Source of the DNA: Rotaria socialis
Taxonomy: Eukaryota
Assembly: GCA_905331295.1 (NCBI GenBank)
Contig: CAJNYD010000035.1
Location: 372,001-436,000, forward strand
Direction of reading: 5' to 3'
Length of the DNA: 64,000 nucleotides
The notes beneath the pieces were generated by a model. It did no database searches. It saw nothing but the letters and a program-made list of their open reading frames with translations, and was not told the origin of the DNA. A program made the translations under genes and the position numbers. Below, piece after piece: positions 1 through 11,874 of the stretch (position 1 is its first letter; every line of letters begins with the position of its first letter).

Positions 1-1302
1 ATTTTGTGTTCGTGGACGGTATTTCGAACGTGGTTCGCATTTAATTTCAATTTTCTTTGACACTGCACCATCAAATTGAAGAACTAAAAACATTGATTGA
101 AATTTAAAGAAAACCATAGAAAATAATCACAAACAAAGTACTTACGTTGTTGTTGATATGCAAAATTATTGGGCATTTGTACAGTAGTACACGGTTCACA
201 GCCATTTGGATCTAGAAAAAATATAATTATTTATTTATTATTTTGCCGTATGTTCGATTTAATCATACTTATTAAATAATCAACAGGCTTGACACTGCTT
301 GGATGTCGACTATCGTCTATTAATAAATAAAGAAATTATATAATTTTTCAAAGATTAAATATAAAATTGACATACAGTTATTTCTTCGTGATCTTGCTGC
401 TGTTTTAATTAAGCGCTCTTGTTGTTGAACAATAATATGTGCAGTAAATGAATCTGAAATAAGATCATGAAAGAAAAAAAAAAACTTTGAAAGCTAACGA
501 ATGCTTAATATTAACTGCTTACTCGCAGTAGCATTAGGCTCTTCTGGTGCATAACCTTTGGTGGTATATGATGTTTGCGAATACACTGAAGTAAAATGCG
601 CATAAAACTTAATAAAATAAACATACAGACAAACGTGAAAATATACCTGATTGTGGTTCACTGATATACGTTTGATCATTACTTTCTACGAAATTGCTCT
701 GTGGTAACTGTTCTGTTTCATTTGATTCACTGGGTAAAAGGCTCAATAATGCTGACATTTCATTACTGTCAAGCGCATTATCAAAAAATGAGAATTCGCC
801 AAAATCTATATAAAAAAAACAATTTTTCTATATCATATTTGATTATTATTTTATTTCGAGTTCTTTCTTTCGAATATAGGTAACATTTTAGTATAGGACA
901 TCAACGGTCAAACTTGCCATTACGAAAACGAATCCAAAGAATTTCTTTTTAAAGTAGTGTCAAATAGAAACATAGGTATGATTCAGTCAAAGTTCTAATA
1001 TGAAACATTGATTTTCATATAATATCAAAATTCATTTCAAAACTCAGAATATCTCTCACTTTATATAGATTTCAGATCAGATTTTACCTGTATTTGATGA
1101 GCCAATTAGAGCATCGATATCGAGGTTGTCACTAATATCATTTATATCAATGGTGTCTCGCGTAAAATCTGATGTATTAGTTGACAACATGTTTGTATGT
1201 TCAAGTTTCTGGAGTAAACGAAGATGAATCAATTGATTAAACTATTTGTTTCTATATATAGTATACCTTATCTTGTTCATCATCATGCGCCATATCTAGC
1301 AT
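1..1302 (-). CDS. Multi-exon gene running off the left edge; low-complexity N-terminus, then a possible start of a Rel-homology (NFAT/NF-kB-like) domain
   Basis: Chain of small phase-compatible GT-AG exons (about 1268-1315, 1089-1208, 648-685, 523-585, 377-452, 270-317, 146-211, 1-83). The last reads LQFDGAVSKKIEIKCEPRSKYRPRTQN, reminiscent of the NFAT RHD start LRIEVQPKSHHRAHYETE. The domain call rests on only ~27 aa and the start codon is uncertain. Confidence 0.45.
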
Positions 1303-2281
1303 CAGCTGTTGTTTCTATTCACAGTTTCGATTTATTATTTCGATGAGCTTACCAAGAGATAATTAGATCAATTTTTTTCAAAAATTGAAATGAATTTGAT
1401 GTATCTAAAAAAAGGAAGTATTACTCATCTATTAACGGTCTTCAACCGGCATAAACTAAAATATTTGATGCAGATATAAAAAGCAGTCTCTAATGTCAGT
1501 TGCATAAGATTGCCCTTTGTCCCCGACATAATATTCATTGCACCGGTATGCTGTCTGCATCTTCATTGAAGAAAGTAAAAAGAAAAGAAAAAACATCGAC
1601 TATACTATACCCTATCGTTTTTCTTCTCGAATACTGTTTGCTTTCTCTCCCGTTTTTTTACATTCTTTTTATGTAGCTGCTTCATTATTTTTTCTGTGAA
1701 GAATCCCATATTTACACCAGAAACGAGGTTGTTGTTTTTTGCGTTCTCCTATGGTATTGGTGAAAAAGACTACATCAAAGTCGTAAATGACGAAAAACAA
1801 AATTGGAAATGAGAATAAAAACGTAAGGATTTAAAGAGTGAGGGTAAACACTTCTTTCCTATATTGTGTTCGTATCAACGGCAGGGTAGTCTAGACCTTT
1901 TTGTTGACAACGAAAATCGGCGAAAAGATAAAATACGCTCTGTTTCAAGGATTTGCTAATGATAATGCACTCGATTAAAATAATTAGAATAGATAGCTTA
2001 GAAAGTAAATAATATATATCTATGTATAGTTGAAAAAGAAAGTCTAATTATCAGTAAAAGAAGTTTAAATAATAAAATAGATTTGTACAAAAGTAAATAA
2101 ATGCTTTATTTGACTAATGAAAAGTTTACAAATATTTTTAGCAAAAGATTGGCTTTATTCACAGCTCACATGTAAAAATAGAATATGAATATCACTTTTG
2201 TTTTATCGTTCAAGGCCGAAATAAAAATTGTAGAAAAAATAGCCTGAGCCCCACTCTAATAAAAGAACTCGTTTGATTCAT

Positions 2282-4531
2282 TTATTGCCAAGTTGTGGAA
2301 GAATTTTCGATGCTTCTTTTTTTATTGAAATGAATTTTACCGACGCATTGCTTGAATAAACGATGAAAAAATTGATTCAAGTGCTGAGTCGAATGTCAAA
2401 TTATGAAAAATTCGAAGTGGGATTGTGGGGAAAAGCAATGACTCAATCATTCGATAATAATCTGTTGGTGACTAAAAGGAATTTAATGAAAATTTAAAGT
2501 ACAGTAAGCAAATATATAGAGCACTTACATTCAATTTTATTTTATATAATTGCCACAGTGTTTTACCAGTAAAATTTCTTAAAGCATCTTCAAACCTAAA
2601 TATTCAAAAACAAAAACATTTATGACACGAAAACATCTCTTTTTTTTACATGTCGAGTTTTTCTCGATTTAACCATTCAATAACATCATTAGTACTCCAA
2701 TCTTGGACATTCTGTGAATGAAACCATGAATTGTCCATTGTAGTTATTAGCTGATTATTGATAGGTGTTGCAGCTAAGAAGAAATTTTTAAAATTCTTTT
2801 ATTTTTGTTTTACATTTCTAGCTTATAATCGGACTATTTACCATTTTGGAAATTTTCATCAGCTCCCAACGAAATTCTAACAGCTTCGATTTCTCTTACT
2901 AATAAATTAAATGCTTCATCAAATGATATTGTGGAAAAATCGATTTGAAGTTTAGAACCGTTGATTATGCCAAGCCATCCTCGTGATTTGTAACTTGCTT
3001 GCATTAACATCGGAATTGATGCTTTATTTCTTTCAACGGAATATTCAGCCTCTACGAAAATAAAGAAAAACTTGAAAAAAAAACAGATTTTAACAGGAAA
3101 ACAATTAAATTACCTAATCGGCAATATCGACTCTGATAATACGGTTCATTAACTGCCATTAAAACAACAAAACAATTTTCGACAGCTGATGCCATAGACG
3201 TAAAAATATCACCGGATATATTATCTCGATCAATCCAAACATTATAATTAAGATTCTTGTATACAAATGATAGATTAAAATTTAAACACAAAATGAAATT
3301 TATGCTATTACTTTCAACTGTTTAGCGATTTTCGAACAAATTATTGCCGTTGAATGATTATAACTTATCAGAATATGTCCAATATCATTTTTATCTTTCG
3401 CTACAATTCCAGTGAATTCCAACGATATATCTGATGTTGTTGTCAATGTTTCTTTGATAATTGATGTTTCTTAATGGGCAAAGAATATTTTATTTTACAC
3501 AAAAACGTTTTCTTTCATGCATACCATCTTGTGTACCTGTGTATGCGAGACATAAACTACGACTATAGTTAAGCACTGGCCGCTTAAACGGTTCTTCTAT
3601 CGGTATTAATTCAGTATCTGACATTACACTAGAAAAACTCTCTTCACATGGATTGTTTTCTTGGACAATTGTAAAACTATCATCATCGTGCTCTGTTGAC
3701 GGTTGCGAATGAAGAGAATGTATTTAATAGGAAATATAAAACAAAAATCTCGTGTAGAAAAATGACTCACTATCAATAGTATTGATTGTAGTTGTTTGAG
3801 TATTTGAAGCAATCTCACCTATAGTTGTCAATGTTACATCAGAATTAAGAAAACAGAAAGAAAAAGATTCAAAAGATATTTACTAGCATCAGCAGCTTCT
3901 GTTGGTCGTTGATCTTGTACATCAGATTCGCTTTCATTATTATCATCCAAATAAGTTTTATGAAATTTTTCTGAAAAAATATATTTCTATAATTTATCAC
4001 TTATACATAAAATTTAGATATGTAGAAATTTTATGTAATGCTTTTAAAAGTACACAAGAAAACATACAGGATTAAATGCAAAAGAATTTTATAAAGAGCA
4101 ATACTTTTTTATAGTAAAAGTGATTCATTTTTAACACGAAAAATAACAGCAACTATTCGATTGATTTAGTTTGAACAATTTCTATGATAGTTTCTAATAT
4201 AAAAATAATCAGTCGTACCTAATTGAAGACATAGATCAGCTACTTTTTGTAGATCTTTTGGTATATTTGCCATGCGTTGCTGATGATCTCTACTTGAATA
4301 CGAACACTAAAACGAAAAAAAAAAAGTTTTATTATTTTAATTGCGAATATACAAAATAAACTACATCCAAGTCAAAATAATCTGATGCATTGGAATCACT
4401 AAGATGTGGTGTAAGCAATGGTGTTGCAAAGTCTTGAAAAAAAAGCAGAAAAATTTTTGAAATATGAAAAGAATCGAAAAAACAAAAAGAAACAACAATA
4501 TACACAATCGTTCGATATCAGTATCGTCCAT
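2282..4531 (-). CDS. TIR (TIR_2-like) domain protein with C-terminal SAM-like region
   Basis: Spliced exons give GHILISYNHS...KQLK|NLNYNVWIDRDNISGDIFTSMASAVENCFVVLMAVNEPYYQSRYCRL|EAEYSVERNKASIPMLMQASYKSRGWLGIINGSKLQIDF (TIR), then VQDWSTNDVIEWLNREKL...FTGKTLWQL (SAM-like). Stop TAA at 2282-2284. 5' exons and start are approximate. Confidence 0.8.
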
Positions 4532-5311
4532 GGTAACTTGATGTAGATAAAGGAAGGCTCGGAGGTTATATCTATGGACCCTATTTAATAGGCCGTTAAT
4601 ATTTGTTCTGAAAATAATTTTATGAATATAGTTATGGTGCTATTGTCGTACATCGCTTATGTTTATGAAGGACATAAAAAGAAATCAGTATCACAAGTTT
4701 TTGACTCTCTCATTTCAATAAGCATAGAAGAAAAACAACCAACTTATCACATACGACTGGTATGAATAAGGCTTTAACTATGTTTAAATATCTATGTTTA
4801 CAACTGAAGAGAAAAGAGAGAATGCCGAGTCATGCACTTTAAAGCAATGGATATTATTTCGTAGTTCGCTTTCTTGTTGTTTTAAAGTAAATCCTGTGTA
4901 GACACTTGAGTTAACTTCCGTATATGCACACAAAATATATTATAAAGAAAAATTAATGCATGATTTCGATTTGTCTATAGAATGACGAAAGTGATGATGT
5001 GATTTAAAATTCAAACAATGTTATTTCACAACATGTTAACATTTGAATTTCGGTTTATTTGCTGATGCGCCTGAATCATTGCTTTTGCTACAATAGGACT
5101 TCTCAGACATCATAAGTGACACCTATGCAGATGGCTTTTTTTATTTCAAATAATCTATTCAAATATAATATAACTTTCGACAAAATTCATGTAGTAAATA
5201 TTTATTTCAGTACTTTGATCGAGATTTAATGTTTTTGCAAAGCTAGAAAAGGTTTTCCTGTGAAATTTTGTCCGAAACACGAGCATCATTTGAAAAACAT
5301 TACAGAATAGA

Positions 5312-5786
5312 AACAAGACAAGCATATGTACAAGATATCAATCGGATATCGTTTTCCTATTTATTTCAATAAGTAAGAAAATAAATGTGGAAACTTCGGA
5401 TTTCATCCGAAAGTTATGTGTACTGCAAAAAGTGCATGGGATGTATGAGTCATTCTAGAATGTCTGAACACCAAAATTATCATGAGAAACTAGGCAATNA
5501 GTCGATTTATATATGTTGTGAATAATTCTGAGAAAGATTTATTCTTTGAAAAAAATTCCCTGTACTCCTCCTCAGGGATGGCCTGGTCAAAAATGACAAT
5601 TTTTTCGATAACTCAACCATTTCTTGAGGGATTCTTCTCATCTTCGAACTCAACCGAGATATTCATGAGATTGAACTGTGTGGAAAATTTCATCACTGCC
5701 TGACTCTCCTTTCGCAAGTTATCGTGCCTACGGCCGGACACACTGACCGATTCTAGAATGTACTCACTTTTTGAGTACACAAAAAA
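5312..5786. mobile_element. Non-autonomous element, possibly Helentron-associated (HINE/DINE-like)
   Basis: Degenerate inverted repeats (gtgtactgcaaaaagtg...cattctagaat near 5418-5461 vs attctagaatgtactcactttttgagtacac near 5750-5780). There is a terminal stem-loop gtactca/tgagtac followed by an A run, and an AACAAG 5' motif. Confidence 0.4.
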
Positions 5787-6001
5787 CGATTTGTCCTTTA
5801 GGTATTACCATTTATACGTGACATTTTCTAATTTAATTAATTTTTTTCTAAATAACTCAGCTATGAGAAAATATCAGTAATTTGATCAAAAGCAAAAAAA
5901 TATTTCAATTCGTTCTATATTTAACAAGAACATGAAGTATAACATCATATTTGTTGAGTAGCGGTCTAATTCGAGTACGAATATAAATGGAAAAAAGAAA
6001 C

Positions 6002-6049
6002 AGTTAAACTAAAACTAAATCCATTCCTAGATTTAGTTTTAGTTTAACT
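6002..6049. repeat. Perfect 20-bp inverted repeat (hairpin, 8-nt loop)
   Basis: agttaaactaaaactaaatc-cattccta-gatttagttttagtttaact. Confidence 0.9.
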
Positions 6050-6074
6050 TTCCGACATATGAATACATACTGTA

Positions 6075-6250
6075 TATACCCCTCACCCGCACCCATATTT
6101 GAGCACTCCTCGATGGTATCCATCAACCACAATCACGTTTGAAGTATCCCAGGTATCCCCACGCTCTTTCCGGGTACCCCTCATACCCACCCTCACTTGC
6201 ACCGCTACTCACAGTTACCCCTTAGCCCCCCTCAACCCACAGCCACTCCA
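6075..6250. repeat. C-rich repeat-like segment, probably a DNA-transposon subterminal remnant
   Basis: Repeated caccc/taccc motifs and a gggtaccc palindrome. GC content is much higher than the flanks and there is no credible protein. Confidence 0.35.
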
Positions 6251-9200
6251 TCTTAAACGAAATCTATTTCTATCACTTATTTTCGAATTGATACCATGCA
6301 GTCGGATGTCCATTTATATTCGAATGCGAACTAGGCATCTCATGGTCTTTTCACGACCACCATGCTCAACAGCAACATGTGCTTCAAATATAATTTTATG
6401 AAATGCTCCATAAACACAAATTGTTTTTTTTCGATTTAACACAAGTTACAATATCATTTCCAGCAATTTTGACTAAGTTAAAATGACACTTTGCCCAATA
6501 AACAACTTTTGAAGTACAAGATTCACAAGACGTTTCTTTTGGTAACAGAAAACATTGCAGAATATCATTATAAATCCGTTGTTTGATATCACACGTTTCA
6601 CGATATTTTTTATGCCATGAATTAATGTACTCATCCAGTTTTTTTGTAAAAGATCAGCTCATGATTATCAACTTCAACAAGTGCTGAATTAGACGCCTTT
6701 ATTTATTTTACAATTTCACGCATGAATATTTCAATACATACCGTTTATTCTTTCAATAATTGAACAAATTCAATCAAAGAACAATCAAAAGACGAAGCCA
6801 ACGCCACATATACAATCAATACAAACAAATTTGTGAATATTGGTCATCAATAGTTTATTGATTTCTATTCATTAAAAAAATTCCAATTTCGTCTGGTCGA
6901 AATTAGAATTTTAATCTCGTTCATAATAATCTTAGTGCAACTTAGAATTCCACTTTAGTCAGAACGAATTCCGAATCGGGCTGCATTTCAATTTCGGCCC
7001 TAATATATATACTACTGATTAAACAGTCAAAAATTTCCAGCGTTTTAGGATGGCAACCGGCGTTCCAGATTGTGTCACTAACGTTTGGAAAAAATGAGTG
7101 CTCAATCGGTGGATACTTTCTGTCGATTAAACACCAGAAATTTTAACCTGCCCAAAGCCCCTATCGTTTGCACGTAGTGCATTTGTAACTGTTACTGATA
7201 CTGACACACAGTTGGGAGCGCCGATTGACATCCAAACACGTCCGCAAAATTTTGCGCGTTTCCACGCGTTTTTTAAATCTTTTGTCTGCTTGGGTATAAA
7301 CAAATTCACCGACATTTGAATATTGAATTATTTCATTCTATTTGAACTGATTTAGAAAGAAAAAGAAAATTTCTATTAATAAAACTACGTCCAAGGAAAA
7401 CTTTCGATGTTGTAAATAGATATCGATCTTTAAACTTTAAAGTTTTCACAGTTTTTAATGTGATAAAATCATTGTTATAAATTACAATATGTGAATCCTG
7501 TTCAATTTCACAATTAGTTAAAGCTAAATAGTCACAATAAATTTAAATTAGTTTTTTCAGCATCAAACGTTTTCATAACTTGATGATTCAGATTGCCACA
7601 GATGAAATATCATTTGATAAACATAAAAATGTTCAATAAAAAAATACAGTTAATTTACTTCTCCTTCTCATCATAGAAAACTTAAGTTTTTTGGATAAAT
7701 TTCATGTTTTTTTAATGTAAATAAAATGCTGTCAATTTATTAGAACAACTGTTGATATTGAAATTGATTTAAGCGAAGATTTTTTGAGTACTGCTTAGAG
7801 AAAAATAAGTTTTGTTCTAAAGCAATTCAAACAGTTGTGCTCTTTACAAGAGTTGAACTCAGATGTATTACTTGTCTAAAACCAATGCAAGTTAAAATTT
7901 ATTTTTTTCCAATTTTGCAATATTGTAATAACCATTCATTTTCGTTGTTTGAGGTATCCAAAGACTTGCCAATTGTTTGAAGTGTAGTTTCCTTTTTATG
8001 GAAGTAACTTGATCATGTTATAATTTTGAAGATAAAAGACAATCATCATCTACAACAACTATATATCAAATATATTAGAATTCGAAAACATTCGAACAAA
8101 TTCTTTTTAACGATAAATTCAATTAATCTAAAATATTTTTCGTTTTAATTTGAAACAAAATGAAATTTGATCCTTCTTTGAATATTAACCCTTTCCCCCA
8201 TCCACTGAGATAAACATTCATATAATATCTACAGAACAAAAACAAAACATTTGATTCAAAGACAAGTATATGCTGATTATAGCGAACCGAAGGAGCTATC
8301 GATCGGGAAAACATATTTCTTTTCTATGCCGCTTTCAGCTAAGGCATTTAAAGCACAAAGTGTCGATTTTAGGCTGCTGAATATTTTTTTAAAGTTTTTG
8401 TGACAGCTACAGCTTTGATTTGTTTTGCTGTCGTAACTAATATTTAAGCTAATTGCAACTTTATTGTACCGTTCCGTGAAAAAGAATGAACAGAAAACAA
8501 AATTTTGATTTTGAACACAGTGATCAGTGCATTCTATAGTGTTTTATGTGAGAAGAATATGAGAAAAATTTCCCGACTCCCACTATCAAATTGGCCAAAT
8601 CACAACAGATTTTCTCTAAATACTGCTTAATATTCAAGGTCAAATGACTTTCATTGTGCGCGCTTCATTTAAGTTTTTCGACGTTATTTTCAATTTAAAC
8701 GTTGAGCTCATTATTTGTAATGATGATCCATGTTTGATTCAGAATTAGCGGCTACAATGGAAAGAGGCGAAAACGAGACTCTTGGAGTGCGTACTCCATC
8801 TGAGCTCCATCTAGACTACAAGTGTACTCTGAAAGTACGGGAGTCGCACTTTTCCCCCTTGCTCTACTATCAGAAAGAAGTAATTCAATCAGAATAAGAC
8901 AAGCTTGTAATGCGACTCCTTGGAACCAAGTTTTCGTCTTAGACATAAAGTTTTTAGCAAAGTTTCTACTGATTGAAATATTACAACACTATTGATTATA
9001 AGTTCAATTCGAATAGAAAAAAGAAATAAAGAATCTATTGACAACATCGATGTTTTGCATATGAAACAGTGATTCATGTCGAGAACCGATCGATACCAAA
9101 GTGTTCCGGCTTTAAACTAGATCTTCGATTATGAATAGGGTTTTCAAAAATATTCAATGCTTATTTCAAACTGAACGCCATCATTCGTTGCATAGCCAAT

Positions 9201-9695
9201 CATGTTATATTGGAACTGTCTGTTAGCTTTTTAAATTCGATTGCTAATAGTTTTTAAGAAAAGCAGGCAAATATATTGCTAAATTCTTTCTCGTGTAGTG
9301 TTTGCTAACTTGAAAATCAAAGCAAACTTGATCGTACAAGCAGAATGAAATACATGGTTATGGTTAAAGGATCATATGCGCATATATATTTGCTGTTTTT
9401 AGTAAAGATAAACATGAGTTTTAACAAACACCAGATTAGTGAGAAAAAAAAAGTTATAAAAAAGCAGAGAAATTGGAATGAAATATGTTTAAACACACAA
9501 ACAGAAAGCACCTAGTTTAAGTTCACTAGTTACTCTTGTCATCACATAACATTATAAATAATTTATTACATTTTTTTTGTTTCTGTCATGTTGAATATTT
9601 GTTGTTTAAACTGATTGAAAGGTTCATAGTAATCAAAAGTGAGGAGATTTCAAAGAATATTCTTCATTAAAAAGTGATATTGTCTATCACCGATA

Positions 9696-11420
9696 TCAAA
9701 TAAGAATTTTCGGTTCTGAAATGCTTTCACTAATGGCTTTGTGCGGTAATATAATACCTCCATTTACAAACAATTCATCTTGTACTGATACATCAAGTCC
9801 AAGTACACTCGTATTTTCCATACGAACCTGAAACAACCATTCAAATCTAATTTGAGAAAAAATAACACTATAATATACTAGTTACCCATTGGCCAATATT
9901 ACATCGCCAACCAATAATACAATTGGCAATCCATGAATGACTTTTGATTAGAGAATCACCGAGGATTGTACAATTTTTTAAACATACTCCATCTTGTATG
10001 ATAACTCGTGGACCAATGACAACATTAGGGCCTATACGACATCGTTCACCAATTTTAGCTGTTGGATCCTATTTAAACAAGATAATTGTTTTAATAGTTT
10101 GAAATGTAAATAAGACTAGAGAATATCTTACCACCAATACATTTCCAACTATACCATTCTCACGTGATAATCTATCTGAACTCGAATGTCGAACATAATT
10201 CAGGTACATACTCATTCCAGTTAGATAGTCTTTCGGCTGACCAACATCCATCCAAAACCCTGTAAAAATTTATTGTAGATTTTGACAAAATTTTAATATA
10301 ATTGTAGTTGATGTAAATAACTTAAATTATGGTGTTAGGAATTCAATAACAAGTATTTGATATATTCTACGAATTTCTGTTCTGAATTATGATTGGAAAA
10401 AAATTAATTTAAATTTTATAAAAATCATTTTCTTTCAGTCAATTAAGGTTATACTCTGAATATTTCGAGACTGTTTATTTGTTTCTATGATTCCTAAAAT
10501 TCTTTTAAAATTTTAACCTTGAAGTTCAAATGCGTATAATTGTTTATCAGCAGCCATTGCAGGAAATATTTCTTTTTCAATCGATGTTGGTCGTAGCTAA
10601 ATAAAAAACAGAGCAAAATAATTTTAAAAATTAAATTTCTAAAAGATTTCTACAATTTACTTCGATTCTATTAAGTATAGCAGAGTTGAAGATGTAAAGG
10701 CCAGCATTGATTTTATTCGAAACATATTCACGTGGTTTCTCAACGAATCGATCAATTTTGCCAGTATTTTTTTCATAGACAACAACACCATATTTAGATG
10801 GTTCGTCGACTTTTGTAACCTTAAACAGATACTTTCTGCTCATTTTTTGAATTTTCTTTATATAAATAAGTTTGATTAATTTATTTATTTGGCGTACATA
10901 CAACAATAGTGCCTTCACAAGCATGTTCTTTATGAAATTTGATCATGTCATTGAATGGAAATTCACATATGACATCAGAATTCAGAACAAAAAATGGACC
11001 ATTGTCTGAGTCAAGAAGTTCCCGTGCTAATGCCAATGGGCCAGCTAAAGAAAAAGTTTAAAACATCAGTCACAATCAAAACAAAAATGACCAAGTGCAA
11101 ACCTGTTCCTAAAGGTTCAGTTTCTTGCGAGATTGTTATTTTTATATTTAATCGTTTAGCTTCTACTTCCATTTCTCGTTGAAGCATATCCGATAAATAA
11201 CTAACAGCTAATATTACATGTGTGACACCAACCTAATTAATTTTCAAACAAAACTGACTCATTTCATTAACTAGTAAATACAAAAGCATACTTGAGCTAA
11301 TGCTTCGATTTGATGGAGAACCATTGGCTTATTACAAAATTCAACCAATGGTTTTGGTTTTGTAAGAGTCAATGGACGTAAACGTGTGCCATAACCACCG
11401 ACGAGAATAAGTGCTTTCAT
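9696..11420 (-). CDS. GMPPB: Mannose-1-phosphate guanylyltransferase beta (GDP-mannose pyrophosphorylase B), 8 exons
   Basis: [33 protein letters not shown]...EPLGTAGPLALA...FVLNSDVIC...EPSKYGVV...FVEKP...KINAGLYIF...[15 protein letters not shown]...[13 protein letters not shown]...[17 protein letters not shown]. Confidence 0.97.
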
Positions 11421-11719
11421 CTTCTTTGTTTATCAAATATAAGTAATAAAACTTCTGCTGCTTTTTATAACTAAAACAAGACATATTACAATTCATACTG
11501 TTCGCTTTTAAATATATTGAAAAAACAAAAAAAGAAGGACGGAAGCCAAGAGAAATAGAAAGGAAAGATAAGTATTGATGTTTAAATTAACAAACTGTCT
11601 GCTTACATATGCATAACGTTTCTGGTAAAATGTTCAAATGTCAAAAAGGAAAACTGGAGAAAACTGATTGATTGTAAATGATCAAGAGAAATAAAAGGAA
11701 AATTACCAATAAACTTTCT

Positions 11720-11721
<2 letters not shown>

Positions 11722-11751
<30 letters not shown>

Positions 11752-11773
11752 TGTATGTATATATATATATATG
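11722..11773. repeat. (TATG)n/(TA)n microsatellite
   Basis: tatgtatgtatg... followed by tatata. Confidence 0.9.
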
Positions 11774-11874
11774 TCTGTAGTCTGGCATAGGAAAATATAG
11801 ATATTCATCCTACTGTTCAATGAAAAGAAAGAAGAAGACAAAACACAAGATCACAAATTTAAAAAGAAAAATCA

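Noticed and set aside
4991..5074. TGATGA...CTGA spacing suggestive of a C/D snoRNA (also 8720-8803)
   Set aside because: No properly positioned terminal stem, no clear C'/D' pair and no recognisable rRNA complementarity.
7940..8010. HFKQLASLWIPQ on the - strand resembling the mariner WVPH motif
   Set aside because: Too short, surrounded by stops, and no DD34D or YSPDL motifs nearby.
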